DNA of 43,032 nucleotides from Acinetobacter phage 5W: sequence record MT349887.1; one strand, 5' to 3'. Shown piece by piece: positions 35,663 to 43,032 of this stretch (position 1 is its first letter; each line of letters starts with the position of its first letter). The notes under the pieces were generated by a model. It saw only the letters and a program-made list of their open reading frames with translations, ran no database searches and was not told where the DNA came from. The position numbers and the translations under genes were made by a program.

Positions 35663-36987
35663 TGAGTTCTGATATCCAAAATATTTCTATTGAGCAGAGT
35701 GTTCTTGTTGCACTCATGACAACAAGCAACTCACTTGAAGTAGTTGCAAACGATTTGACTGAGGAACATTTCTTCGCTGGACGACACAAAATCATTTATC
35801 GCGCCATTGTTGAGTTATCAAATGCTGATATGCCGTATGACGCAGTATTCGTTGGCAAGCATCTACAAGAAAGAAATCTGCTTAACGATATCGGCGGTGA
35901 AGAATATTTAATTCAACTTAATAGCGCTATTGGTAGTGTCCATCACCTTGAATACTTTGTCGCAGAATTAACTAAGTTAAAAAACCATCGTGAAGTTGAA
36001 GGTATTGGTTTAGCTATTGCTGGACGCGCTAAAGACTTAACAGTAAGTGACATTTACCTTGAAGCTGAGAACCTATTCAGCACTTCAAGCAGCACCTTAG
36101 AGGCTAAGCAGACTAGTTTCGATTTCAATCAAGCACTAGAAAAAACTCTTGAAAGATTCGAAAAGAAAATTGCTCAAAAAGAAGATAAGGGGTTCATTGG
36201 TGTTCAGTTCAATATTCCACATTTAGATAATCTTCTTGGGACTATCGAGAAAGGACATTTTTGCGTTATTGGTGGTCGTCCGGGTAGTGGCAAGTCAACA
36301 CTCGCGCAAATGTGTGCAATGCAAACTGCTAAGCGCTACAACATGCCTGTTTTATTTATCTCTGCTGAGATGGACACACCAACCCTAACCAACCGCATGA
36401 TCTCAGCATTAGGGCATATCCCATATAACAATCTGCACAATGGGGAAATTTATGACGGGATGTTTGAAAAGCTTACTGGCACGATAGCTCAGTTCCGCAA
36501 CCTTCCAATTTTTATTGAAGAGAAGCAGAAGCCAACAATTTCTGAAATCCAAAGCTATGCGCGTAAAGCAAAACGCAAATACAAGGCTATAGGCTGCATC
36601 ATTGTGGACTACTTGGGCTTAATTCGTGACCCATCTAAAAAAGACCGTGTTCAGGAAGTTGCATCAATTAGCCGTGATTTAAAAGCCATGGCTAAAGAGT
36701 TTGATTGTCCAGTAATTGCATTGGCTCAACTTAACCGTGGAGCAGAAGGACACAAGCCAGTAGCAAGTGATCTTAAGGATTCTGGACAGATTGAACAGGA
36801 TGCAGACCAAATCATCATGGTTCATCCAATCCTCGAAAAAGAGACTAATGCGCCAACTGGTGTAACCGAGTTAATTATTGCCAAAAACCGTCATGGCAAG
36901 CGTGGATCTGTGAATGTTCAAGACCGTTTAGATATTTGCCGTTTCGTTGGGATGTCATTCCCAGTGGAAGAGAGAGGTGCGGCGTGA
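35656..36987 (+). CDS. dnaB: Replicative DNA helicase (DnaB family)
   Basis: 443 aa; DnaB N-terminal domain, Walker A 'GGRPGSGKSTLA', RecA-like C-terminal domain. Confidence 0.85.
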   Translation: MVMSSDIQNISIEQSVLVALMTTSNSLEVVANDLTEEHFFAGRHKIIYRAIVELSNADMPYDAVFVGKHLQERNLLNDIGGEEYLIQLNSAIGSVHHLEYFVAELTKLKNHREVEGIGLAIAGRAKDLTVSDIYLEAENLFSTSSSTLEAKQTSFDFNQALEKTLERFEKKIAQKEDKGFIGVQFNIPHLDNLLGTIEKGHFCVIGGRPGSGKSTLAQMCAMQTAKRYNMPVLFISAEMDTPTLTNRMISALGHIPYNNLHNGEIYDGMFEKLTGTIAQFRNLPIFIEEKQKPTISEIQSYARKAKRKYKAIGCIIVDYLGLIRDPSKKDRVQEVASISRDLKAMAKEFDCPVIALAQLNRGAEGHKPVASDLKDSGQIEQDADQIIMVHPILEKETNAPTGVTELIIAKNRHGKRGSVNVQDRLDICRFVGMSFPVEERGAA

Positions 36988-37235
36988 ATCCAAAACAAAG
37001 AGTAATCGCGTTCCAAAACATTTTTGACATTTTGTTGTTCGCAACGCATGCGACTGAGCCTTTCACAATGAAGGATTTACGTGACTATGTGTTAGATGCA
37101 CCTAACAACACTATTCAATGCTATGTCCAAGAGCTAATCAAAAGTGGGTACCTAGAAAAAGATTCATATGCAACCTACAAGGCTACGCAATACGCAAAAG
37201 ACATCCTGAATGTTAAAGGGGAGCTGAAAGCATGA
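36984..37235 (+). CDS. Hypothetical small protein (possible winged-helix)
   Basis: GTG at 36984 overlapping dnaB stop (GTGA); track ORF 36936..37235 begins inside dnaB. Confidence 0.35.
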   Translation: MNPKQRVIAFQNIFDILLFATHATEPFTMKDLRDYVLDAPNNTIQCYVQELIKSGYLEKDSYATYKATQYAKDILNVKGELKA

Positions 37236-37404
37236 ACGAATTTGTAGATTACACCTCAATGATGAAGCTGCGCAGAGCGTACAACCTCGGTACTCGTAAT
37301 GAAGAAACAAGAGCAGCAGCGAACCTATACGAGAAATTAAGAAAGCTGAAAATGCTAGACCAGCTTAAGCAGGAAGCCATTACTAAACGTTACAAGGAGG
37401 CGGT

Positions 37405-38061
37405 ATGAAAAGATTAAACGTACTGGTTGCTTGTGAATATTCTGGACGTGTTCGTGATGCTTTTTCAGCTTTAGGTCACAACGCTATGTCTAGTGACTTA
37501 CTCCCAACAGAAGCACCAGGTAATCACTATCAAGGTGATGTTCGTGATGTGTTGTATGGAGGCTGGGATCTCATTGTTGCTCATCCTCCTTGCACCTTTC
37601 TATCTGTAGCTGGCAATCGTTGGTTTAACGTTGATAGGTATGGGGAGAAAGCAATTACCCGGATGAAAAATCGCGAGCAAGCAATTGCATTTTTCAATTT
37701 GTTTACTGATCTGGAGTGCGAAAAGGTAGCAATTGAGAATCCAATTGGATGCATGAGCAAAATCTATCAAAAGCCTTCACAAGTAATTCATCCCTACATG
37801 TTTGGTGATCCTGAGCGTAAAGCTACATGCTTATGGTTAAAGGGATTACCAGCTTTACAAGCAACCAATGTGGTTGAGCCAAATATTGTGAAGTACAAAA
37901 ACGGCAAAGGGACGGATAGTCCTTGGCATTTAGACACGTTAAAGCTGCCAGCAGAAGAACGCAGAAAAGCGAGAAGCTTAACTTTTCAAGGCATTGCAGA
38001 TGCTATGGCAATGCAATGGGGTGGAGACGTGCGTCATTTAGGTTTGAGGGAAGCGGTATGA
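37405..38061 (+). CDS. Compact DNA (cytosine-5) methyltransferase-like protein
   Basis: 218 aa; 'DLIVAHPPCTFLSVAGN' resembles C5-MTase motif IV (catalytic PC), 'VAIENPIG' motif VI (ENV-like), N-terminal 'VLVACEYSGRVRDAFSALG' motif I-like; no obvious TRD. Confidence 0.45.
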   Translation: MKRLNVLVACEYSGRVRDAFSALGHNAMSSDLLPTEAPGNHYQGDVRDVLYGGWDLIVAHPPCTFLSVAGNRWFNVDRYGEKAITRMKNREQAIAFFNLFTDLECEKVAIENPIGCMSKIYQKPSQVIHPYMFGDPERKATCLWLKGLPALQATNVVEPNIVKYKNGKGTDSPWHLDTLKLPAEERRKARSLTFQGIADAMAMQWGGDVRHLGLREAV

Positions 38062-38432
38062 AACCAGAACAGTTTATTCGTGAGTTCGGGCCTAACACTT
38101 TCAGAATATCAATGTCATTTGTCAACACTGCTAAGTATTTGGTGGTTCATGAAGGTGAAATTGATTTTACAGATGAAATCAAGCCTCACCATGGCGATCG
38201 TGTATTTGAGCGTGATGTGGTTAAGCGTCTGGTGGAGTCGGTTGAGCTAATCAACTTGTTTGGCAGCATCAAGATAGCAAAAGACAAAGTGAAGATGGCT
38301 GATTTTAATGGATTCTTACTTGTCTCAGTTCCAATCGAAAACGGCTTGGCAGATGTCTATATCCATAAAGTAGAACAAGCCATCCGCGACCACGAATCAA
38401 TATACGGAGGCGGTGAATCTCATGCCAACTAG
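38058..38432 (+). CDS. Hypothetical protein
   Basis: ATG at 38058 overlapping upstream stop (ATGA); track ORF 37923..38432 extends spuriously upstream. Confidence 0.45.
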   Translation: MKPEQFIREFGPNTFRISMSFVNTAKYLVVHEGEIDFTDEIKPHHGDRVFERDVVKRLVESVELINLFGSIKIAKDKVKMADFNGFLLVSVPIENGLADVYIHKVEQAIRDHESIYGGGESHAN

Positions 38433-38844
38433 ATATAACACAGGCGAGTATAGCTACGATCTTGAATATCACTATGGAGATATGTCAGCAAGCATGGAGA
38501 TGCTTAGAGCACGTTTAATTGAATTGTTGACTCCTCATCTGTCTGGCCGTTATGTGAAATGGAGAGAAGCATATTTCACACGGTTTACAAAGTGCGGCGG
38601 GGATTCGGGGTGGATGTTTTGTGTAGGTCCACACGAATTTCATATTGATGGGGCGTTAAGGCGCTATTACTCAGGTTCTATTGATATTACCTACAACCAG
38701 AAAGATCGATATTTCTTGGTGGGTGAGAAAAAGAAAGTCAAATGTAAGGCTTGTAAGGGGTTTGGCTTCATTCGAGATGATGGGTGGGGGCATATAGATA
38801 AATGTGAAATGTGTGATGCAGAAAAAGGAGCCAGCCATGAGTGA
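38422..38844 (+). CDS. Hypothetical protein with C-terminal zinc ribbon
   Basis: RBS 'ggagg' 10 nt upstream of ATG 38422; 'CKACKG...CEMCD' paired CxxC. Confidence 0.45.
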   Translation: MPTRYNTGEYSYDLEYHYGDMSASMEMLRARLIELLTPHLSGRYVKWREAYFTRFTKCGGDSGWMFCVGPHEFHIDGALRRYYSGSIDITYNQKDRYFLVGEKKKVKCKACKGFGFIRDDGWGHIDKCEMCDAEKGASHE

Positions 38845-39247
38845 GTTTGAGGGTAAATCTGGAAAGTGGGCTTGGGAGATTCAAAAAGAACAACAAGCGA
38901 AAGTGGAGGAGCTGCAAAAGCAATTAAGTGAATACATATTTGTATCGGAAACGCTTGATGAAATGTATGTGAAAGAAGTCCAGAAAAGTGACGAGCTGCA
39001 AAAGCGGGTGCAATTCCTTGAGCAGGAATTAGGTGCATGGAAAGGGAAATCAATAGCAGCAATGGTAAATGGCATGTGTAAACAATGTGGCAAAGAACCA
39101 TTGCAGGCAATAGTTTCTGATAAAGATGGTTATGCACTTCTACATTGCTTTGGATGTGGCGCAAACAAGATTCTTCAAAATAGAAAGCGGCAATCTAATG
39201 TGTTGGTACGAAGAACTAGGCGCTTGGAAACATCCGGCAGCTTCTAA
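38836..39247 (+). CDS. Hypothetical coiled-coil/zinc-finger protein
   Basis: Start in conserved 'aaaaggagccagccATG' cassette; 'CKQCGK...HCFGCG'; shares 28-nt identical segment with 39861..40220. Confidence 0.45.
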
Positions 39248-39532
39248 TTGGCTTATGAAAAATATAAAGGTGATTCCGTGAGTAGTAGAAAAATTAGATC
39301 AGAACTCAAGAAGAAAGGGATTCCCGCAGAAGTTCATTGGGAATACATGTCTGATTGTTATGGTGGTGGTGGTGCTTACTTTATTGACATAGACGCCGAT
39401 ACTGAAAACAAACTCTTAGATGCGGACCCTGATTGTGAGCCACAACTCGATGTTGGGTATGCAGAGAGCCTTGAAGAAGCTTTGGAGTTTATTGATCAAT
39501 TGCCAAGTTTAAAAGGAGCCAGCCATGCGTGA
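39248..39532 (+). CDS. Hypothetical acidic protein
   Basis: 94 aa; ends with 'KGASHA' encoded by the repeated RBS/start cassette. Confidence 0.4.
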   Translation: MAYEKYKGDSVSSRKIRSELKKKGIPAEVHWEYMSDCYGGGGAYFIDIDADTENKLLDADPDCEPQLDVGYAESLEEALEFIDQLPSLKGASHA

Positions 39533-39857
39533 TTTTAAAGAGTTTGAACGTGGTGACTGGGTTGTCTTTGATACTTCAAAGCCATATTGCCGTTTACTGC
39601 CACCTTGCTTAATGAAATTTATTCAGATTGAAGACGGTGATGCTGTAGTTGAATCACAAGGCCGATGGAGCTTAGTAAGCCTGGCTGCGTTAAAACCTGC
39701 GTCAGAAGATGACATTGAAGCAGGCCACCGCATTGATAAACCCTCGAATTCAAGGGAATTAGAAATCCTAGACAAGCCAGAAAACCACATTTCGCCTAAC
39801 TGCAAAGTAACTGAGGCGCACATTAACGAGGCTGACAAGCTCAATAGATTGGGGTGA
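39525..39857 (+). CDS. Hypothetical protein
   Basis: 110 aa; starts in second copy of 'aaaaggagccagccATG'. Confidence 0.4.
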   Translation: MRDFKEFERGDWVVFDTSKPYCRLLPPCLMKFIQIEDGDAVVESQGRWSLVSLAALKPASEDDIEAGHRIDKPSNSRELEILDKPENHISPNCKVTEAHINEADKLNRLG

Positions 39858-39860
39858 AGA

Positions 39861-40220
39861 ATGGATAAGTGTAGAGAAGAGTTTGAGAAGCAAAAGTACT
39901 GGATTGGGCTATTTAGAGCAGATGTCGACTTTGATATGACTCTTGGGAAATTTGGAAGATATGTTTCAAATGGTTCAAGAAGAATTGATGCAATGTACTT
40001 GGAGTCATTTAACGAAAAGTGGGAAGCATGGGCCAATGCATGGCAGCACCAGCAAGCGAAAGTGGAGGAGCTGCAAAAGCGTTTAGATGGGGCATTAAAA
40101 GAGACTCAATATGCTTTGCAGTATGTTGAAGAAGACATGCGCGGCAATCATGAATTTCTACAAATGGCAATGATTCGAACCCTTAAAGCTATAGAGCAAG
40201 TGCTCAAAGGTGGTGCTTGA
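39861..40220 (+). CDS. Hypothetical coiled-coil protein
   Basis: 119 aa; contains 'QQAKVEELQKR' segment duplicated at DNA level from 38836..39247. Confidence 0.4.
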   Translation: MDKCREEFEKQKYWIGLFRADVDFDMTLGKFGRYVSNGSRRIDAMYLESFNEKWEAWANAWQHQQAKVEELQKRLDGALKETQYALQYVEEDMRGNHEFLQMAMIRTLKAIEQVLKGGA

Positions 40221-40615
40221 TGTCATCAGTCAGCATTGCTGAATACCGCAAGTTATTTCCCATAAAGAAAAATAAAAAGCGCCGTTCAGCAAAGCAAGTT
40301 GCCAGACAACCAAGTGTGGGTGAAGTGGTTCTGGCAACGCATTTAAGAGCATGCAAGATTGGTTTTGAACAGGAATATAAGTTCCATCCTGAACGCAAAT
40401 GGAGAGCAGATTTTTTAATAAAGGGTTCAAAGATTTTGATTGAGGTAGAAGGCGGGATCTGGAGCGGAGGCCGTCACACAAGAGGTAAGGGCTATTTAGG
40501 GGATATGGAGAAATACAACTCCGCAGCAATGATGGGTTTTACAGTTTTACGGTTCAGCACAGAGCAAGTGAAAGCAGGCGTGGCGATTAAACAAATTGAG
40601 CAATTGGTGGGATGA
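40217..40615 (+). CDS. DUF559/Vsr-like small endonuclease-fold protein (paralog 1)
   Basis: 132 aa; 'ERKWRADFLIKGSKILIEVEGGIW...MMGFTVLRFSTEQV' fits the DUF559/Vsr PD-(D/E)xK pattern; paralogous to 42352..42780. Confidence 0.45.
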   Translation: MMSSVSIAEYRKLFPIKKNKKRRSAKQVARQPSVGEVVLATHLRACKIGFEQEYKFHPERKWRADFLIKGSKILIEVEGGIWSGGRHTRGKGYLGDMEKYNSAAMMGFTVLRFSTEQVKAGVAIKQIEQLVG

Positions 40616-41112
40616 AAATGAATATGCCAGTACAACAACACATTTTACAAGCGGTCGATTGGTCTAGATTTAGTTTTGAAGAGTGGTGTCGCCAGCTTGG
40701 AGCTTGGCTAAACGGCGATACCGAAACAATGGTCAAAATTGTTAAGACGATGCCAACAAAACGCATCACTCAAAAACAAAGAGAAAAATTAATAGCTATG
40801 TATATGAGCGATGAAAATCTAAAAGATCGTTTATGCATTCGCCGTAAGGGTACTTGCTGTGAGTTAAATGACAATGAGGCACGTGCAATCCATAGATTGA
40901 TTATTGATATTAAATTAATTGAAGACCATATTTTACAAGAATGGATCTCAGCAATTTGGTCACATCATGTTATGGGCAATTCATTACGTGATATTGCTCA
41001 AAGTAATGACACTTCAGTTAATCAAATCAGACAGGATTTAAAATGTGGTATGGCTTATATCAAAAGTCGAAATCCGCATTTCAGATTTGAAACTTTTGAA
41101 AAAACCGCTTGA
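40612..41112 (+). CDS. Putative late-gene regulator (Q-like antiterminator?)
   Basis: 166 aa with Cys cluster 'CIRRKGTCCE'; positional inference: last gene before a strong terminator (tR'-like) upstream of packaging genes. Confidence 0.3.
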   Translation: MKMNMPVQQHILQAVDWSRFSFEEWCRQLGAWLNGDTETMVKIVKTMPTKRITQKQREKLIAMYMSDENLKDRLCIRRKGTCCELNDNEARAIHRLIIDIKLIEDHILQEWISAIWSHHVMGNSLRDIAQSNDTSVNQIRQDLKCGMAYIKSRNPHFRFETFEKTA

Positions 41113-41178
41113 GTGTGCGCACGGGGTATGGCATATTTGTGATACAGTGTTGGAAGTGTAAGTAAATCACTGGTATTA

Positions 41179-41207
41179 AAGCTCATCAAATGATGAGCTT
41201 TTATTTT
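41179..41207 (+). terminator. Rho-independent terminator (tR'-like) (gctcat-caaatg-atgagc + T-run)
   Basis: 'aagctcatcaaatgatgagcttttatttt' perfect inverted repeat followed by T-run. Confidence 0.75.
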
Positions 41208-41307
41208 ATCAGAATGAATAAACTATCTTTAAATGAAAATATCGAAAAATTTATTGCAACGATATTTAAATCGTTGATAATAAAATTTTCTTTGCTAAAA
41301 AAACTGC

Positions 41308-41958
41308 ATGAGAATCATATTTTCTTTAATTACGTTTGTCTTATTTTCATTTATTTCCTTTATCCTTTTAAGGAATAAATATATTGAGCCAAACCACTTC
41401 GTCATTTTGATAATATTTTCTGCAATTGTATCCGCAATAATTGCATATTTTGATGAGGTTCAAGAGCTATCTATTGGAGGCAATATCGTTAAACTAAAAG
41501 AAGCAAAAAAGGAGTTACAAGTAACAATAGATCAATTAAAGTCAATTAAAGTTTCAACATATCGGATGTTACTTTTGAAAAGTTTACATTTTTCAGGTGT
41601 TTTTGGAAGCAGCCATTTAGTGGATAGTAGAGCAGAATATTTTTTTTCACTCATCAATGAAATTAAACAATCGGATTGTTTCAATGATCTTAAGTCTGAA
41701 ATAAAAGTTCAATTAACAAGGTTGTTAATTGATCAATTAAATAAATTTTATCCTTTATTTTATGGCAAACAATTCAATGATAGCGATGAATTCCCTAAAT
41801 CTACGGTTTTTTATATCGAGTTGAAAGATGAGATTATTGATAAAGTTCATCAAAAACGGACACCTGTTATACCATTTGATCAAAAAAAGCAGGAAATTGT
41901 TACAGCTATAGATAACTATGCAGCTTTGTATATTTTATTTAAAGAAGTTGAACAGTAG
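41308..41958 (+). CDS. AT-rich moron: membrane protein (2 N-terminal TM) of unknown function
   Basis: 216 aa; 'IIFSLITFVLFSFISFILL' and 'FVILIIFSAIVSAIIAYF' hydrophobic helices; strongly AT-rich relative to flanks; located after tR'-like terminator. Confidence 0.5.
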   Translation: MRIIFSLITFVLFSFISFILLRNKYIEPNHFVILIIFSAIVSAIIAYFDEVQELSIGGNIVKLKEAKKELQVTIDQLKSIKVSTYRMLLLKSLHFSGVFGSSHLVDSRAEYFFSLINEIKQSDCFNDLKSEIKVQLTRLLIDQLNKFYPLFYGKQFNDSDEFPKSTVFYIELKDEIIDKVHQKRTPVIPFDQKKQEIVTAIDNYAALYILFKEVEQ

Positions 41959-42117
41959 GGTGATATTGATTTTTTATTGCTTAATAAGATGAATTTAAAC
42001 GATATTATTTTAATTAATAATCTCCAATGAAAGGATTTTTAAACTTTTACCTTTACGATTCTATAGAAAAGTTGCCGAGCATAGTATGGCACAAGAAGCT
42101 CTGCTAAATATCGATTA

Positions 42118-42339
42118 TTGGCGGGGCTTTTTCTTTTTGGAGTATGTATGACTGAATTTCAAAAAATTACGAATGAGATTAGACAGCTTCAAATAGAGCT
42201 AAACCATTTGGGAAGTTGCAATACAAAAGGTTTAAATACAGAACAGATCGCTCACCTAGATGAGCGATTTTTTTTGGCCATAGCAAAGCAACATAAATTA
42301 ATTGCTCGTCTCAACAGTAAGCCAGAGGGCTTTTTATAA
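42118..42339 (+). CDS. Hypothetical small protein
   Basis: 73 aa ORF (possible internal start at 'MTEFQK'); no motif. Confidence 0.35.
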   Translation: MAGLFLFGVCMTEFQKITNEIRQLQIELNHLGSCNTKGLNTEQIAHLDERFFLAIAKQHKLIARLNSKPEGFL

Positions 42340-42351
42340 GAGGCTAGAGGT

Positions 42352-42780
42352 ATGGATGATAAAGAGTACTTTTGGCTTACACAAAAAAAAGAGCTCAAAA
42401 CGAAACCCAAATCCAGACCACTGCCTAAAGCTAAAGAAAAATATCTCGAGGCCGAAGAAACCTTATTTCAAGAACTAGAAGAGCATCGAATTGGTTATAG
42501 AAGAAAATTTCAATTTGAATCAACAAAAAATTGGCGGTTCGATTTTTATATTGTGAAGTTGAATCTTCTTATAGAAATTGCTGGCAGTCCGTGGGCAGTT
42601 GGCCGAGGTGGCACAAAGATAGCAAATTCATTTAATAAGTATGATCTAGCACTAGACCGAGGTTATGTATTTGAGCGTCTTGAGCCTCACCAAATTGAAT
42701 CAGGTTATGCAATCAACTGGATTAAAAGCAAATTAGCGAGAATTGAAGATGGATCAGATCAGACCATTTCCTCCAACTGA
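42352..42780 (+). CDS. DUF559/Vsr-like small endonuclease-fold protein (paralog 2)
   Basis: 142 aa; 'KNWRFDFYIVKLNLLIEIAGSPWAVGRGG...RGYVFERLEPHQI' aligns with 40217..40615. Confidence 0.45.
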   Translation: MDDKEYFWLTQKKELKTKPKSRPLPKAKEKYLEAEETLFQELEEHRIGYRRKFQFESTKNWRFDFYIVKLNLLIEIAGSPWAVGRGGTKIANSFNKYDLALDRGYVFERLEPHQIESGYAINWIKSKLARIEDGSDQTISSN

Positions 42781-42783
42781 TTT

Positions 42784-43032
42784 TATGGATCAGGCAGAAG
42801 AAGAGGAAGCAATTCGTTTAATACCCGCTCCAGACCTAAAGAAATGGGTTGTGGCCAACTACTTAACGATAGGTGGACCTCTTTATAACCCTGACCATGA
42901 CCATATTGCTGAGCTGCTTCACGATAATGAAGAATTTTTAGCATTTGCTTGGGCCTCTTCTGCATATAAAAGTAAGCAAGCTATGGTGTTAGGTCAGTGC
43001 GAAAAAGTCATGTTCAATGTTGGTGGATGGCG
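42784..43032 (+). CDS. Partial ORF running off window end (possible N-terminal half of the metallopeptidase-like gene seen at window start)
   Basis: ATG 42784, open to the end of the window ('MDQAEEEEAIRLIPAPDLKKWVV...'); absent from ORF track because no stop; same operon position (just before terS) as ORF 2..358. Confidence 0.4.

Noticed and set aside
37923-38057. Upstream extension of track ORF 37923..38432 overlapping the MTase-like gene
   Set aside because: Out-of-frame overlap; ATG at 38058 with ATGA coupling is the plausible start.

Overview
This window reads as an almost complete temperate siphovirus-type phage or prophage genome. It is AT-rich and looks gammaproteobacterial, possibly Acinetobacter-like, but the host is a guess.

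Gene order, left to right:
- Packaging and head (+ strand, 1-10.2 kb): a partial HExxH metallopeptidase-like gene, then terS (DUF2280-like), terL, portal, MuF-like head morphogenesis, an XkdF/DUF2213-like protease-scaffold, a decoration-like protein, the major capsid protein and connector genes.
- Tail (+ strand, 10.3-22.7 kb): tail tube, a tail assembly chaperone with a candidate -1 frameshift, the tape measure, then a GTA-like distal tail set (DUF2460, DUF2163+BR0599, NlpC/P60 peptidase, an FN3-rich host-specificity protein).
- Lysis (+ strand, 22.7-23.8 kb): holin, GH108 endolysin and a small lipoprotein.
- Integration (23.8-25.8 kb): two AT-rich repeat-bearing intergenic regions (23.8-24.3 kb and 25.5-25.8 kb) flank a P4-type tyrosine integrase on the - strand (24.3-25.5 kb).
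- Early-left operon (- strand, 25.8-30.4 kb): Xis-like protein, a Zn-ribbon protein, Sipho_Gp157-like, an SSB-like protein ending in DDDLPF, a Sak4/AAA_24 ATPase and DUF551.
- Immunity region (30.4-34.0 kb): cI-like HTH+S24 repressor, Cro-like and ribbon-helix-helix regulators.
- Replication and late-regulatory region (+ strand, 34.2-43 kb): an O-like initiator with internal iteron origin, DnaB helicase, a compact C5-methyltransferase-like protein, many small Zn-ribbon and coiled-coil ORFs, two paralogous DUF559/Vsr-like nucleases, and a Q-like regulator followed by a strong terminator.

Stand-out accessory content:
1. A single-chain restriction-modification enzyme (HsdR-N-type PD-ExK nuclease + HsdM-like N6-adenine MTase + HsdS-like TRD) sits in the rex-like position between cI and a duplicated operator (OL).
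2. Two SGNH-type esterases are present. One is a secreted GDSL hydrolase moron, very AT-rich, between the chaperone and tape measure. The other is a 608-aa tail protein with a SASA/SGNH acetylesterase-like domain plus a LamG-like partner, inserted into the GTA-like tail cassette behind a terminator.
3. An antisense membrane coiled-coil moron sits inside the head module.
4. A further AT-rich membrane-protein moron lies downstream of the Q-like regulator and its terminator.

The window's first and last ORFs look like the C- and N-terminal halves of one metallopeptidase-like gene. That implies a circularly permuted phage record or tandem related prophages.
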